Source: Antedon mediterranea
Taxonomy: Eukaryota > Animalia > Echinodermata
DNA: 64,000 nucleotides
Direction: 5' to 3'
Assembly: GCF_964355755.1 (NCBI RefSeq)
Contig: NC_092674.1
Span: 9,734,001 to 9,798,000, forward strand
Positions within the stretch are counted from its first letter, which is position 1. Each line of letters opens with the position of its first letter. The translations under genes were made by a program, and so were the position numbers. A model generated the notes under the pieces. The model saw nothing but the letters and a program-made list of their open reading frames with translations. It searched no databases and was not told where the DNA came from. This document shows, in pieces, positions 11,909-25,699 of the stretch.

Positions 11909-14900
11909 TCATCTTTGTAGCATTATACCAAGTTCTTCGAGTTTATGCATCCTGGATGTGTATTAAACAGAAATATTTTTAAATATTATGTTATGTAATT
12001 ATTTAAAGTGGTCGGTCTTTGGGTAGACAAACACTTTCAGAAAAAAAAAATACATCTCTCTTTTTTGTTGTTGAAAGGAATACATAATACACCCGATTCA
12101 CTGTAACATGTCCCCATATGTAGAATGTTTATAGGCAATTTCTGTAATACAGTGTCACATGTGTAAGTGCCTATGATACAGGTGTCACATGTGTATTACA
12201 TTTGGTGCCTGTATCATGGAAGGTTAGTTTAAGGGTTAAGGGTCACATGAGACATGAGATGCTGTATCGATACTGTACAAACGAAAGACACACTACAATT
12301 TTGTTACCTTGCAATGTCCATTCCGTTAAGGTGTTTTATCTTTGCTAATGCTGTAGCATTATGTTTAGCCAGCTCACACAACATAGAGCCAAATAGTGTC
12401 CTTAGATCAGGCTGTATATCTATACAAAAATACAAATAAATACATGCAAAATTTAATATAGCAAATAATTTAAATATACTATACTTATTTTAACACACAT
12501 TAAGCTTGAGCAAAGTTCTATTGAATCAGTTTGTGAAAATTGATGACACATTCTATATTGCAAGATTCTACTCATGCATGACGTGTTGCGTAGCAGTAGA
12601 CGTTACCGGTCCATCATCTCTCCCACAAATAGGTTTCGTAACAGCTTTTATCCATGTTCCATTCGGGCACTGAATGCTTGTCAGTATACCGTACGAGAGT
12701 GATGTGATTGTTTTGTTATTTATCTGTTTTTGTATATCTCAGAGCAAATATAATTTCCATGTATATGTATATGACAATAAATAGAAGTAATTTTCTACTG
12801 ATGAATGAATTGAATGAATGCAATGAGGTAGATGTAATGCAAGGGAGTTGACCAATGAAAAGCAACAGGTCAAATAATCCATCGCATGTGATCGGTCAAA
12901 TCACTTAGTAAATTTAAGATCCTGCTGCTGGTGTTCCGATGCCTAAATGCGCTCAAAAATATCTCTCAGAATTCTTGACAGTCAAGAAGGGAAAGCGAGA
13001 ACTAAGATCTAGCCATCAGGTGCTACTGGACATTCCGAGGAGCAAACATAGTTGGGGAACCACCTACCCTTGAACATTAAACACACATCATTATTAAGTC
13101 ACTTTAAGTCACTACTCAAAACTCACCTTTTCTGATTTTTTCTACAGCGCCATGAGCAATGAATGTTGGAATGGCGCTATATAAATCGAACGATTGATTG
13201 ATTGATTGTTGCATCTCTAGTGATCTTTATTTATTTACTTTCTAATGCTAATAAACGTTGGAGAAGTAGTGCTACTTACTTTTACAGTTGCCTAAGATGT
13301 TTGATGCATGATTTATCATCTTTGTTTCAATAATAACATTTGGTAGCCATGGCAACACAGAGATACAAGCTGTCATCACTATTGGAAAATAAAACATTAT
13401 TAATTCAAAATTTAATGCAGTTGGTCAAATTCATTCACTGTGATAATTACTGAAAAACTACTATTTTCTGATAAATAGTAGTTTTCGAGAAAAACAAAAA
13501 GCACAACCACAATTTGTGCAAAGTTAAAAAATAAGACCAGTTCCTATCACCAATTTAGCAGTAGGCCTACAGTATATGAGATAATACAAGCTAATAAAAT
13601 CTACAGTAAACTACTCTAGTCATTTAGCTAAGTTGACGAAAATTCCTATAATCTTGTGGTGAGCATTCGGAGACAGAAGTACTCAACAAAGTTTGCTGTA
13701 GTGTTAAAACATGTATTTCCCCCTTGTTTATTTCGCTGGTAAGTTTTTCCATAATATTGCTGCCGAATACGTGTGTCCCCTGAATAGGGGTGTCCACTAA
13801 ATAGGGGTGTCCACTGAATAGGTCCCCTGAAAAGGGGTGTTCCCTGAATATGAGTGTCCACTGAATAGGGGTGTCCACTAAATAGGGGTGTCCGCTAAAT
13901 AGGGATGTCCCCTGAAAAGAGGTGTCCCCTGAATAGGGGTGTTCACTTGCCTTGCATTGCTAGATACCATAGCTCCATTATATCTTCCCAAAATGGTTGG
14001 TACAGTTCACTAACTCCACATAATCCTTTACCCACAATTGCATATGCACCATTCATTATCTGCACACTGGTATGTATGTAATCTTTGAGTTGCTCTGTAC
14101 AGGGAATATCTTTAACAAATGGAAGATTTATAATATTAAAATTAATCATTTTACTAAATTAAACTAATCAGTATTTTGATTTGCTAATAGGCTTGGTTAC
14201 CACTTAGCGTCATGGACCCTCCGAACTGTCGCTTGTGATTTGTCAACTCACTTGCATTGCGCCGAAGCCGTTGCGTTACAGCCAAGGGGAAGCAAGCTTA
14301 AAGCTTACATTTGTTTGTCCATTGGTATTTTTGTAATACTTTTGCAGTATAGTGATATTGTGAAACATAATGTGTTTTCTTGTATGTAAAAAAAAAATAA
14401 ATAAATTGTTTTCTAACCTGTTTTTCTGGCAAAATGTCTCAGCAGCATTAAGCCAAGTACAATCATATTGAATGATATTACAAGGTTATTAAGACCTGAA
14501 ACAAATGAAAATATTTTTATTAGCTGCAATGCCCAAAATCAGGATTCAATGTTGTTAGGAATTCTGAGTAAAGGGTGGTGTGTCACTGGAAAACGGTGTA
14601 TCCTCTACACCTTTGGTGATGGCCTTTGTTGATTTTAACAGACATTATAATGAATTCAAATTATCTAATAGACAAATCAATGATGTTAGTGATGTCCTGA
14701 TGCTGAGGGTGTGTACCCTCCCAGTGAGGCAGAAAATGTCCACCTCCTCTGCATTTAACAGTTCTAAAAAACACAAGGGTCCACAAGACCTGGACATCCT
14801 ATCAACAATTTTTGTTCTTGCGGTGTGGTATCTTTTCCGATTTTCCACATTTTTAAAGAGCCCCAATCAGCCAACACCTTTCTGATGCAGTGAAGATCAA

Positions 14901-17900
14901 GTTTAAAGAGAGAGGTTTCCCAATCACAGTATGTTTTGTCTTAATAAATTTGAGATTCAAATGTACAACTAGTACACAGTAAGCTTACCTAGGGTTGGTA
15001 AGGAAGTTGACACAATAGAGAGAAGTTCATCAAAGACTTGATGTTTGGCAATCATCTCTGGTTCTTCAACCGTGATGTTCAAAAAAATATTGCACAATGT
15101 AGCAAGAGCCATCTAAAAATGAAGCAAAAAGAGATACCCAATAGTTCTCAAAAAGAGATACCCAATAGTTCTCAAAAAGAGATACCCAATAGTTCTCAAA
15201 AAGAGATACCCAATAGTTCTCAAAAAGAGATACCCAATAGTTCTCAAAAAGAGATACCCAATAGTTCTCAAAAAGAGATACCCAATAGTTCTCAAAAAGA
15301 GATACCCAATAGTTCTCAAAAAGAGATACCCAATAGTTCTCAAAAAGAGATACCCAATAGTTCTCAAAAAGAGATACCCAATAGTTCTCAAAAAGAGATA
15401 CCCAATAGTTCTCAAAAAGAGATACCCAATAGTTCTCAAAAAGAGATACCCAATAGTTCTCAAAAAGAGATACCCAATAGTTCTCAAAAAGAGATACCCA
15501 ATAGTTCTCAAAAAGAGATACCCAATAGTTCTCAAAAAGAGATACCCAATAGTTCTCAAAAAGAGATACCCAATAGTTCTCAAAAAGAGATACCCAATAG
15601 TTCTCAAAAAGAGATACCCAATAGTTCTCAAAAAGAGATACCCAATAGTTCTCAAAAAGAGATACCCAATAGTTCTCAAAAAGAGATACCCAATAGTTCT
15701 CAAAAAGAGATACCCAATAGTTCTCAAAAAGAGATACCCAATAGTTCTCAAAAAGAGATACCCAATAGTTCTCAAAAAGAGATACCCAATAGTTCTCAAA
15801 AAGAGATACCCAATAGTTCTCAAAAAGAGATACCCAATAGTTCTCAAAAAGAGATACCCAATAGTTCTCAAAAAGAGATACCCAATAGTTCTCAAAAAGA
15901 GATACCCAATAGTTCTCAAAAAGAGATACCCAATAGTTCTCAAAAAGAGATACCCAATAGTTCTCAAAAAGAGATACCCAATAGTTCTCAAAAAGAGATA
16001 CCCAATAGTTCTCAAAAAGAGATACCCAATAGTTCTCAAAAAGAGATACCCAATAGTTCTCAAAAAGAGATACCCAATAGTTCTCAAAAAGAGATACCCA
16101 ATAGTTCTCAAAAAGAGATACCCAATAGTTCTCAAAAAGAGATACCCAATAGTTCTCAAAAAGAGATACCCAATAGTTCTCAAAAAGAGATACCCAATAG
16201 TTCTCAAAAAGAGATACCCAATAGTTCTCAAAAAGAGATACCCAATAGTTCTCAAAAAGAGATACCCAATAGTTCTCAAAAAGAGATACCCAATAGTTCT
16301 CAAAAAGTAAAACAAATCTCAACCTAAAATTGATATATTTAGGGATCCACTACTACACACTATTTTAACGTTTCTGCAATTATTTAGCAAGCCTTTTGGA
16401 GTATAAATCACACACTGTTCAGTCCAGAAATTACCTCACATGCTTCAAGGTCTTTTCAATCCACATTGATAATCTCTCTAAAACTCTGTCTACACTAGTT
16501 TGACAAAACTGTACCCAAATATGGTAGGTACAGTATATGCCCAAATAAGGTAGTGATATGATATCATTGATTTGTATCCATATGGGCACATCACACCAAA
16601 TATGGTAGTAATATGCCCAAATACGGTAGTGATATGATAGCATCACGTCCATATATGGGCACATAACATTTTTTTGTCACATAAAGTTTGATAGTGTAGT
16701 CAGAGCTTTAAGCTTGATAAAAAGTGTGATGTGCCCAAATATGGTAGTGATATGCCCAAATATAGTGTGAACAGAGCCTAAGAAACAAGAAATCCAAAAC
16801 CATACCTCTGAATCCTCGGCTTGCTTGCCTTGTTGTAGTAGTTGCCACTGGTAGTTAAAATACTGCATGAAAATCTCAATACAGTTATGCTCCACTAAAA
16901 TCTTTCGCGAGGCAGGCTCCACACTGAGGTGGCAGAAACCAGGTAACAGCAAGCGAAGGAGGTCAGAATTGCTAAACACTTCTTGAGAAGGGTTTGTCAC
17001 TGCATCGTGAAATGATTTGGTTCTGTAAGAAATATAGTCTAATGTTGGCATTCATTGACATAAAATAATCATATTTTAATTGCTTGGTTTCATTTAAATG
17101 TTGTTATGAAAGAGAGAGTTTTAAAAAGTGTGTAAATTCATCATAAAAAGAACAATTTCGTGTTTTACCTTTACTCCGAATAATTGTACTGTATACTCAA
17201 CACACTGAGAAATTTAAAAAGAAATTTTCCGGTAGGGTACATTAACATCTGACCAATTGAGCTCCCAGACAAAGATAACCTTTAGCCATCAGCATAAACT
17301 TGGTGGTCTAGTAGTATGAACACCAGGCTATTGATCATGGGGTTATGGGTCCAAGCCCAACTGAGAATTACTTTTTTAAAGTGTTCTCAATATACTGAGT
17401 ATACAGTACAATTATGTCAGAGTAGGGCAAAGGATCTGAACAATTAAATTAGTACCCCCACCCCCACCTCACCCTCTGATGCCAAGCTAATTTATCAAAA
17501 ATATTAGTTCTTTGTTTTTTTAGAATATGTTATTATTACTATAATAAAGTTAATCTGAACAATGACGACATACGCAACATGGATAAGAAACGGAAGTATC
17601 TCATAGATGCCTTCTTTGAGCGCAGACGTTTCCTCAGCTAACCACGTGCTAAACACACGCACTGATGCTTGCACTATAGGATCATTAATCTATAAAAGAA
17701 CACATTTGTAATGTTATAGTTTCACAAATAATGAATTTTCATGAATTGAAAGATTGACTGTTCACTGAGGTTGATTAGGTCATTTACACTAACGTTAAAG
17801 GAACTTGCACACATGACAAATTAATTGATAGTTTTGGTTTAAAATCCTGTGGAATACAGCCTCTCCTGGTACGTACATAGGCCTCCTACAGATCAGAAAT

Positions 17901-20900
17901 AGACTACACCAGCAGACTTGAAAAACTTTTTCCGATTCTATTGATCTATTTTTCCTGTTTTTCTTGCTATTATGCTAATATACTGTAGTGTAAATAGATA
18001 TTATTTCTGAAATAAGTGAATTAATTAATAAACAAATTACTTTTTGTAGATCAGCCTGTACATTCTTTATATAGTAGATGATAGCACCAAATGCCCCAGT
18101 CATTGCTGAGTGTAGCTGAAGGGTCTGTTTCTGGTCTAGGCCCATTGAAGGCCCTACCATAAGGAATTCTATAACATTTTCAAGTATTTTGTAACATGAT
18201 GTAATTATACCAGCTTTTTCCATTCTCTGTGAAATAAATTAATGTTGTTATTCATTTCTTTACATCATTATTAATTATTATTAACTTTTTAAAAATTTAA
18301 ATGAATTAATTAACTTTATTTCTGATTTAAAGTCAAAATGTAGAGATTACATGCATCATGAGGTAGTATTTGATTTTGATGATATAAAAATAAAATAAAC
18401 AACATGCCAGGCACTTCATGTGTGTCACATGCTGATGTGCATTCTGGTTTGACTACACATCTTCCAGTTAACCAAATAGTAGAGAACAGATCACCCCTAC
18501 AGATCTCCTTAGTCAAGATATACTAAACAGTTATCTGCTGAAATTAGTTCAGTCAAATACTGTACATCTACTGACTTACCAAATGAGTAAGTAATGAAAG
18601 CCAAAATCAAACAAGTTTTGGTATGATTTATTAAACATCGAATAAATTAAATTTACTTACCTTTTCATCGGTGGAATTTTCTAGAAGCATTCTGACCTCA
18701 ATACATGCCATATGTACCATCAGTAGCAGCGTCTTGGTATCGCTCTTTTCTGGACCTAATGCCCATTCAACACCACATGCTTGAACCATACCAGAGGTCA
18801 AACTTAACTGGGAGTCTCTTTGAGACTCATCTAAAAATATATTAAAGTTGTACTGCATGCTAAGGTGTTATGGTATAAATATAATATACAACAGACATAA
18901 CACCAAATTATACCACTACTACCATAGACTTATTATATTATACAACTAGACAATACAAATCAATCACAGCTCAAAAAGCTAGCCACTATGGAGGGGGACC
19001 ATCAAATATGGTTGCACCACATCAGCCAATAAGATGCGCCAGTTTGAGGACATGCCCACTAATCAGTCACACAAAACTATATGTCTCTGTTCCGGCAAAT
19101 TGAGCATATTAACACGATTGTATTCCTAACAATCCTCGTGTGTGAAAAAAAAAAAGGAATTAAAAAAAACTGTACTGTGTTTATGGGACTGTTGGCTTGT
19201 GAGCCATAGAGCTCTATTTACTCTTAAAGAAGTCCTGGATGTTATGTCGAACAAATAAATAAAATGAAATTTAGTTTTCATATTTTTAATTATAAATTTC
19301 ATATACTAATAATATTCATGAACAGATATAGTGGGCATTTAATGATTCCCTGACTAGTTTGCCATCACCTGGAATATAATAACTGTATGCTTATCTAAAC
19401 TTACTTAATTTATTTCTAAGTAACTGGGAAATACCAGTAAAGACATGATTACTCCATGTTGGTGGAAAGTCTGCAATTCCAGAGCCAGCATACTCCAAAA
19501 TTAAACCTAGACTGTCACATAATTCAAATTTCTGCAAATCCTGTACAAAAAAAAACTTGACACATTAGAAATTTATGGCTCAGCCATTTACACACATGTA
19601 TAACGCGAACAAACTATACAAATAACACAAAATAATACAGTAGACACCATTCCACTTAAAGGACAATTTTACAGAGAACCATACCAATAATTTATAGATC
19701 TTATATTTAATTTAAGATTATTTATGTAACCTGAGATGCTATATAGCATCAAAGTGTCCACTTAAAGATGTATTGTCCCCCAAAATCATGAAAAATAAAG
19801 ATTTTTAAAATCGGACTTTGAATAGGCCATTTTGCAGTTTTAATGAAGTTGTTCACTTCCATAAGAAAAAAAACGGGGGAAAAAATGATTTCACCTATAA
19901 AAAGACAAAATAAACAGTTAAATTACCCAAAAACTCATTGTCTTCCAGACAATTTGACAATTTTTTGCTTTAAAGTACATTTTTCTCAGGTAAATAAAAT
20001 TTTTTCAGACCCAAGTTTTTGTGAGAGTGAATAACTATTATGTGACATTAAAATAACATATTCAACAAAAAAATTTAAAAAAAATATTTTTTTAGGGGGA
20101 CAATATATCTTTAAAGGACAATTTTACAGAGAACTATACTTTGATTATATATACATTATGATTTTAGAACAATTGCGAGATTTACATACAGCCATCCCAA
20201 TAAATTGCTGTGACATTAAGTGTGCTTAGCAAAATCTTCCTCCTGAGTTTTCACTGTTGTTAACATACAAGATACATACATTTCAATTGCTAATTTGACC
20301 TGCATTAGGCTTAAATTTGCCAAAATGTTTAGTCTGTTATTTAAGTTCAACACTTCAATATCCAGAGAGAAAAAAGAAACAATAAAAAAATTCAACATTT
20401 CTATTTTTTACGATTTATTCAAAAGGTGTGTTTACTAGCAATTTTTCACGCTTTGTGAGACTTGTCTATTGACCCCTGAGGTAGCTAGTATGCGTGGCAA
20501 AATCGTAAATCTCGAAATTGTTTTGAAATCATATGTAGATGCTAAATACGGTTGTTCTTTAAAGGTGTCCTAGAAATAGTGGTTGGCTATAGCGTTAAGA
20601 CATAATATTGCTGCTCATTCCTTTCAATGGAATTTGTATTTAGTGAACTTCACTTTTTACTAGTACAGATAAAACACAGTACAGTATTTTGATGTGTTGA
20701 ACGTTACCTGACTATCTGAAAACTGCTTGCTTAAGATGTCCAAAAGTTGTAAAAACGATTCCTGTTCATGCATCCAACTGTACTGTCCACCCAGGTGAAA
20801 AAGACCTATCATCACCTTAAAGGCTTTCTCACAACCTATATTAAAAAAGGGTATATAATTATAGTAGATATATGACAAAGGAACGAATATTTTTGTGGCA

Positions 20901-23900
20901 GCTTTTTTAAATTTGTCCATAATATAAAACAATTTTTACTGATATTTGTCTGAGAACTTTTTGTTATACTAAGCCTGTGTTTTTGCAACCAAAAATTAAC
21001 CAATAAACTGCCTGTGGAAATTGGGTTTAACCAATTCCACTCAATTAACCGATATTTATCTCATTCAAATATTTATCAGATAAATGCGATAATTTGTAAC
21101 TTTTACATGAAGGACAAATTGTTGCATTGTGATTGGGCACTTGGTTGTTTGGTAATGACTGATCATGCGCATTTTATTTTTTAATTAATTACCTGATGGG
21201 TTAAAAAATCGGATAACCGATAATTTTGGCAGCGAAAACACAGCCTTATAAATAAATAATAATTACTGAAAAAATGACAAAGCTATTGGTAATCAGTGGC
21301 TGAGATACAAACAAAAATAAGAAATAAGCTAAATCAAACAATAAATTAAAACAGACAGACAGAAAGAAATTGCAGAGCTTTCAGGTAACATTTAACCCTT
21401 CCTCTGTGCTGGATTGTTAAATAAATAATAGTATTAATACTGTAATACATAAAAATAATTTATAGATCTTATATTTAAATGATTATTTATGTAACCTGAG
21501 ATGCTATATAGTTTTGTTCACTTTTGTCTAACTGTCATCATATCTCAGTCTTTTGGGGTGTTTTTTGGTAATTTTGATTGGTAATAAAAAAATAAAAAAA
21601 TTAAACTGTATAGAAAACTCAAATTGTTTATTCCCTAATAACTTCCTCGTTGTCTTTTATATTATTATCTTCTGCCAGACATATCCCTATTCAAATGATT
21701 GTACTTCTTTTATAAAATGCAATTGTCCTTTGTACCTCCCCACTCAAGCAATTATTTTCTATTCCATTATACTTTGCTATCAAGTACACTTATAAGTCCT
21801 TGTGAAGGACAGTGACTTCTGAAAGCCATGTAGCCATATTCACCAATTACAATTAATATGTTGTGACACACTACAGTAGTATTTTACTCAAGTCTATTAA
21901 TAATTAAGGACTTCACTAAACAGATATTCCCCGAATATTTAAATGTTAGGTGCAAGTGTTTCACTTTAATATAGTGATTGGTGAATTCTCCCAGATTTCT
22001 GTCTGTTTGTCAACTTTTAGAAGTTTACTAGGCTAACAAAGTTACCTACATTTTATCACTACTGTACATACTCCTGCCTATGGTATATACCAGTTTGCCG
22101 GTGACCTTCACGTAATAATTTCTCTGGTGGTTTTTTGATCATTAATACACACATTTTTTTTTTATCATTGCCAACAATGTTTAGGTAGAATTCTTAAATC
22201 ATGCCCTGTCCAAAATGACTTGTTAAACACTGTTTAGGTAGATTCATAAATCATGCCCTGTCCAAAATGACTTGTTATACCCCTCAACTTACCTTTCATA
22301 TTGTTAGTAATAGTTAAGCAGAGAGCTGTAAATGTTTTACACTGCACTAGATGCTCTCTACCAACAGGAGACTTGGCAATGGCAAACAGAATCTGATAGA
22401 CATCATCTAATATAGCAACACCTTCTTCTGCATTGCATAAGACACTGTGAATATAAGAAAACCAATGTCAATGTTAATGTTGTCAAATTTATATAGCGCT
22501 TTTAACAAACTATTAACATATTGTCCCAAAGCACTTAAAATAGTAAAGATGTATGGGAGAAAAAAATGGATTGAAATTACAAGTAATGAGATAGGTGATA
22601 CCAGAAAAGGTTCACAATATTTTATTCTCATTTTCTTCTAAAATTAACACAGCAAGCACATTCATTTTAACATAAATCTCACTCTGGGTATCTGAAAGTA
22701 TGTGTTTTTCCCCCACTCAACCCATAGCTTTTTGAAACTACATCCATGAAATAGTAAAATATTTACCTGTTTCCTGTGATAATCTCATTAAACATGGGTA
22801 TCTTGTTGAGCATCTCAGGGTGTTGGGAGAAAAGATCATCTGTGCTATAACACGCCAACATTGTCATGGCAAGAGAATGGAAAGCGCTCACTTCACATCC
22901 TGCTGTCTCTTCTTCTAAGAAGATAAAAGTTTTATATTACTTCTTCAAAATATATTATTTAGAAAAAACAATGCAAAATAACTCCTATAATTGCAAAAAA
23001 GACCATAAAATATTTTTCCTTTATTGTATATTTAGGCATAACTTTCAAAGTTAACAATAAGCAAATTAATTTTCTATCCTCCTTAAAGGTAGGAATTTGT
23101 TCACAGGGACAAACACAATATACAAGATGCTTTTGATGCTTAAACAAATTATTTATGTATTTAAACACTACCAAATCTATCACATGAAATATATATACTG
23201 TATTGATAATTTATTCACATTAGCAGTTTTTGAGTGTTGGTTGGTAGATCAGTATTCCAGGAGAAAATAATATGGGTGTTCCCTGAATATAGTGGTTCAC
23301 TGTAGCGCTAACACTATTATACATATTACCCCTTGTTCATTTCACAATAAAGTGTCCCCTGAATAGGGGTGTTTTAAAGGAGCGGTTCTATTATGATAAT
23401 CCTTAATAAATACATATTTTCTGTTATATGGTATATATGGTGTTTGAAGTAGGTTTCTTCAATCAAGGCAATCTACTTTAACAACAAAGACACTGAGCTC
23501 GCCTTGTTGTCAAGATAGGAACTCATAATCAGTCCATTGATCTTATGTCTGGCTGCGACAAATACCAACAGTACTACTACTATGTACTTATTCTTTGCGA
23601 TGTCTGATACGGGGTATGGAAGTGATCGTGTCGCAGCCACAAATAAAACCTGTTGTTAAATTTTCTTGCTTCAATTAAGCAACAGCATTCATGGTCAATT
23701 TGCAATAATATGCTCAATAGAAATACTGTCAAGCCAAATTAAGTACACTATGCCTTTAAATCTCTTATGGTACAAGTCAGGGTTGGCAAACTATACAGCT
23801 GTAGGACTTCTACATGACTATAATTACTATGACAATAATTACTTGTGCTAAGCAGCCTGTTCAGAAAGCTGAAACCAAGAGAGTGGAAGATTTGATTTCT

Positions 23901-24495
23901 AACTTCATTGGTTGTCGTTTCTGCTTGTACAAGCTTGGTTATCTGTGAATTAAAATAATATTAAGTGAATATCTTATTTTTAAAGTACAGAATTAATGGG
24001 CTTTTGTACTAAAACTATTTTATAGATTTAACATTTAGTTAAAGCTTCAAAAGCAATCAATTTTCACATTGATTTCAAAAAATTGGGTTTGATTGAGATG
24101 GAAATGAGGACAGGAAAAGAAAAGACATCAGATTCAATGAACACACACGGCACATATATAGTAGTACAGAAAGGAATATTTATTTAAAAAAATAATCACA
24201 ATACAATACGTATTGTATTAAAAGATGAGTTTAAACTTTAAAGCCGGTGTTCTTTATACCTTATCACTGCACTAACATGATCGTCACGGTCATGTACTGT
24301 AAAAAAGTGTAAACTGTAGTAGGCCTACAGTATAAATCATAAAAATAAAAAACTTGAAAGTTTATTTTTTACCAACAAAAGTGCAGCAAACTTTTCGGTG
24401 TCAGATGAGGTCGATTTCATTGTATGAAGACATTTCTGAACCGTTGGTTCATCTATTTGTGAGACATTATCTTCAGCTACACCTTCTGCTTCCAT
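11909..24495 (-). CDS. NCDN: Neurochondrin (about 696 aa, 16 coding exons)
   Basis: Exons in minus-strand order: 24495-24373, 23942-23843, 22914-22767, 22444-22293, 20835-20708, 19540-19405, 18830-18661, 18226-18041, 17689-17574, 17022-16806, 15112-14989, 14495-14418, 14109-13951, 13378-13280, 12419-12308, 11951-11909. All phases are consistent. Family motifs: SDTEKFAALLLITKLV, GFSFLNRLL, MACIEVRMLLE, ASVRVFSTWLAEETSALK, LRLLLPGFCHL, LCNIFLN, WEDIMELWYLAMQ, CISVLPWLP. Confidence 0.93.
13604..13948. mobile_element. Tc1/mariner-type MITE with internal 17-bp tandem repeats (GTGTCCACTGAATAGGG-like), abutting an NCDN splice donor
   Basis: TACAGTAAAC left end; about 10 copies of a 17-mer at 13772-13942; same family as the 10425 element. 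Confidence 0.6.
15125..16307. repeat. Perfect 24-bp minisatellite (CAAAAAGAGATACCCAATAGTTCT) x49 in NCDN intron 10
   Basis: 15125-16300 is 1176 bp = 49 identical units, plus a 7-bp partial. It accounts for the three octapeptide-repeat ORFs. Confidence 0.97.
16482..16780. mobile_element. PIF/Harbinger-type MITE copies (CTCTGTCTACACTA family)
   Basis: Same TIR and internal GTGATGTGCCCAAATATGGTAGTGATATG motifs as the clean copy at 35665. Confidence 0.6.
19766..20110. mobile_element. Non-autonomous Kolobok-type MITE
   Basis: TTAA|AGATGTATTGTCCCCC ... GGGGGACAATATATCT|TTAA. An empty-site duplicate lies at 19652-19685. Partial relatives near 27960-28205 and 54540-54630. Confidence 0.8.
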
Positions 24496-25690
24496 AGTAA
24501 ATATGATGTTGCACTGTACAGCACTGGAAATGCTTTCTTTCCGGGTGATGAAACTGAACTAGCACAGGAGCAGGCCTGTTTTCAGAGGGAAAGGGCCTAG
24601 CTTTCTATCAAGTTTTAAGCTGGTTATACACCTAATATTCAATTTAAATTAGTTCTAAAAAATACAACAAACACAAGATAAAGTATACAAGAAAGAATAA
24701 AAAGACTCCGACTGATGTGAATCTGTATACATCCATTAAAAATGAAAATTCATATAACCTTTCTCGCACGACATTTTTTAGGTTTCTCGTTTTTCCCCAG
24801 ATCGAGCTTTCAGAATTATAACCGCCCTCTTGTGACGACTCTTTAGAGAGTATCAAAATGGAATAACCCTAACTTAATCGTGGTGCTAAAACGTATATAA
24901 TAGGCCTAGGCCTAGTTATTATAGATTTTTAATTAAATTTTTGAAAAGAATTAAAGTTGTAAATAAAGAAGCATATTTCATATTTTTTTCAATAGATAAA
25001 TAGTTTTAAATTTAAAATCTATAATTACTTAATATTTGTTAACCCATTTCATAATCGCTTCGACCATGTACATTATTTTTGGATTTTTCCGCGAAATATT
25101 TGAGATTTTTTAACAAGGATTTTTGTTGAGGTGACTTTTGTACCGTAACCTTGTACCTCTAGGCTAAATACTATTCAGTGTGAGCTCAGATGAATTTCTT
25201 GAAGATATCCTTATTTTGTAAGAGTAATACTGTAATTTTATAATAACAATATTTAAATGTAGCTAACTAATGTACAGGTTTAGAAGTTCTGTAACTGTAT
25301 ATATTAATTATTATTGAAATTAGGCTAGCCGCTAGTAGTAGAGTAGGCCTAGCTAGGCTAGCCTAGCCTACCTAGCTAGGCATAACTAAACAATCCTTTA
25401 GAATAGGTTAGCTACTGTAGACTAGGTAAGGGTTGGGCCCAGACTTTCTTTAAAAGGGCAGGCCAGGCCAAGCCCACTCCAGTAAAATATGACTTTCATG
25501 TTAAAAATGTCTGCGGCCTACACAAAACAACATACCGGTATATTAGTATTATAGACCTACTGTACAGTACATGTTATTTTTGTTAAAGGAATCTGCTTTG
25601 TATTTTTTGTAAAACTTTCTAATTATGTCATTCACTAGGCTAATTTATTCTATGAATTAATGAAGCCAGTCAACCAGTCTTAAATTACAG
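24496..25690. promoter_or_regulatory. Probable bidirectional promoter / 5' UTR region of NCDN and DDX11, with an E2F-like site
   Basis: The start codons diverge only about 1.2 kb apart (24495 minus, 25700 plus). TTTTCCGCGAAA at 25085-25096 resembles an E2F element. TSSs cannot be located from sequence alone. Confidence 0.55.
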
Positions 25691-25699
25691 ACTTTATTG

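Noticed and set aside
14520-14930. Less AT-rich intronic stretch with short ORFs on both strands
   Set aside because: No recognisable domain and not needed for the NCDN frame; probably a decayed repeat that I cannot classify.
15038-16327. Three ~400-aa ORFs with octapeptide repeats (KEIPNSSQ, FENYWVSL, FLRTIGYL)
   Set aside because: By-product of a stop-free 24-bp intronic minisatellite; no synonymous variation, and the flanking NCDN exons join in frame without it.
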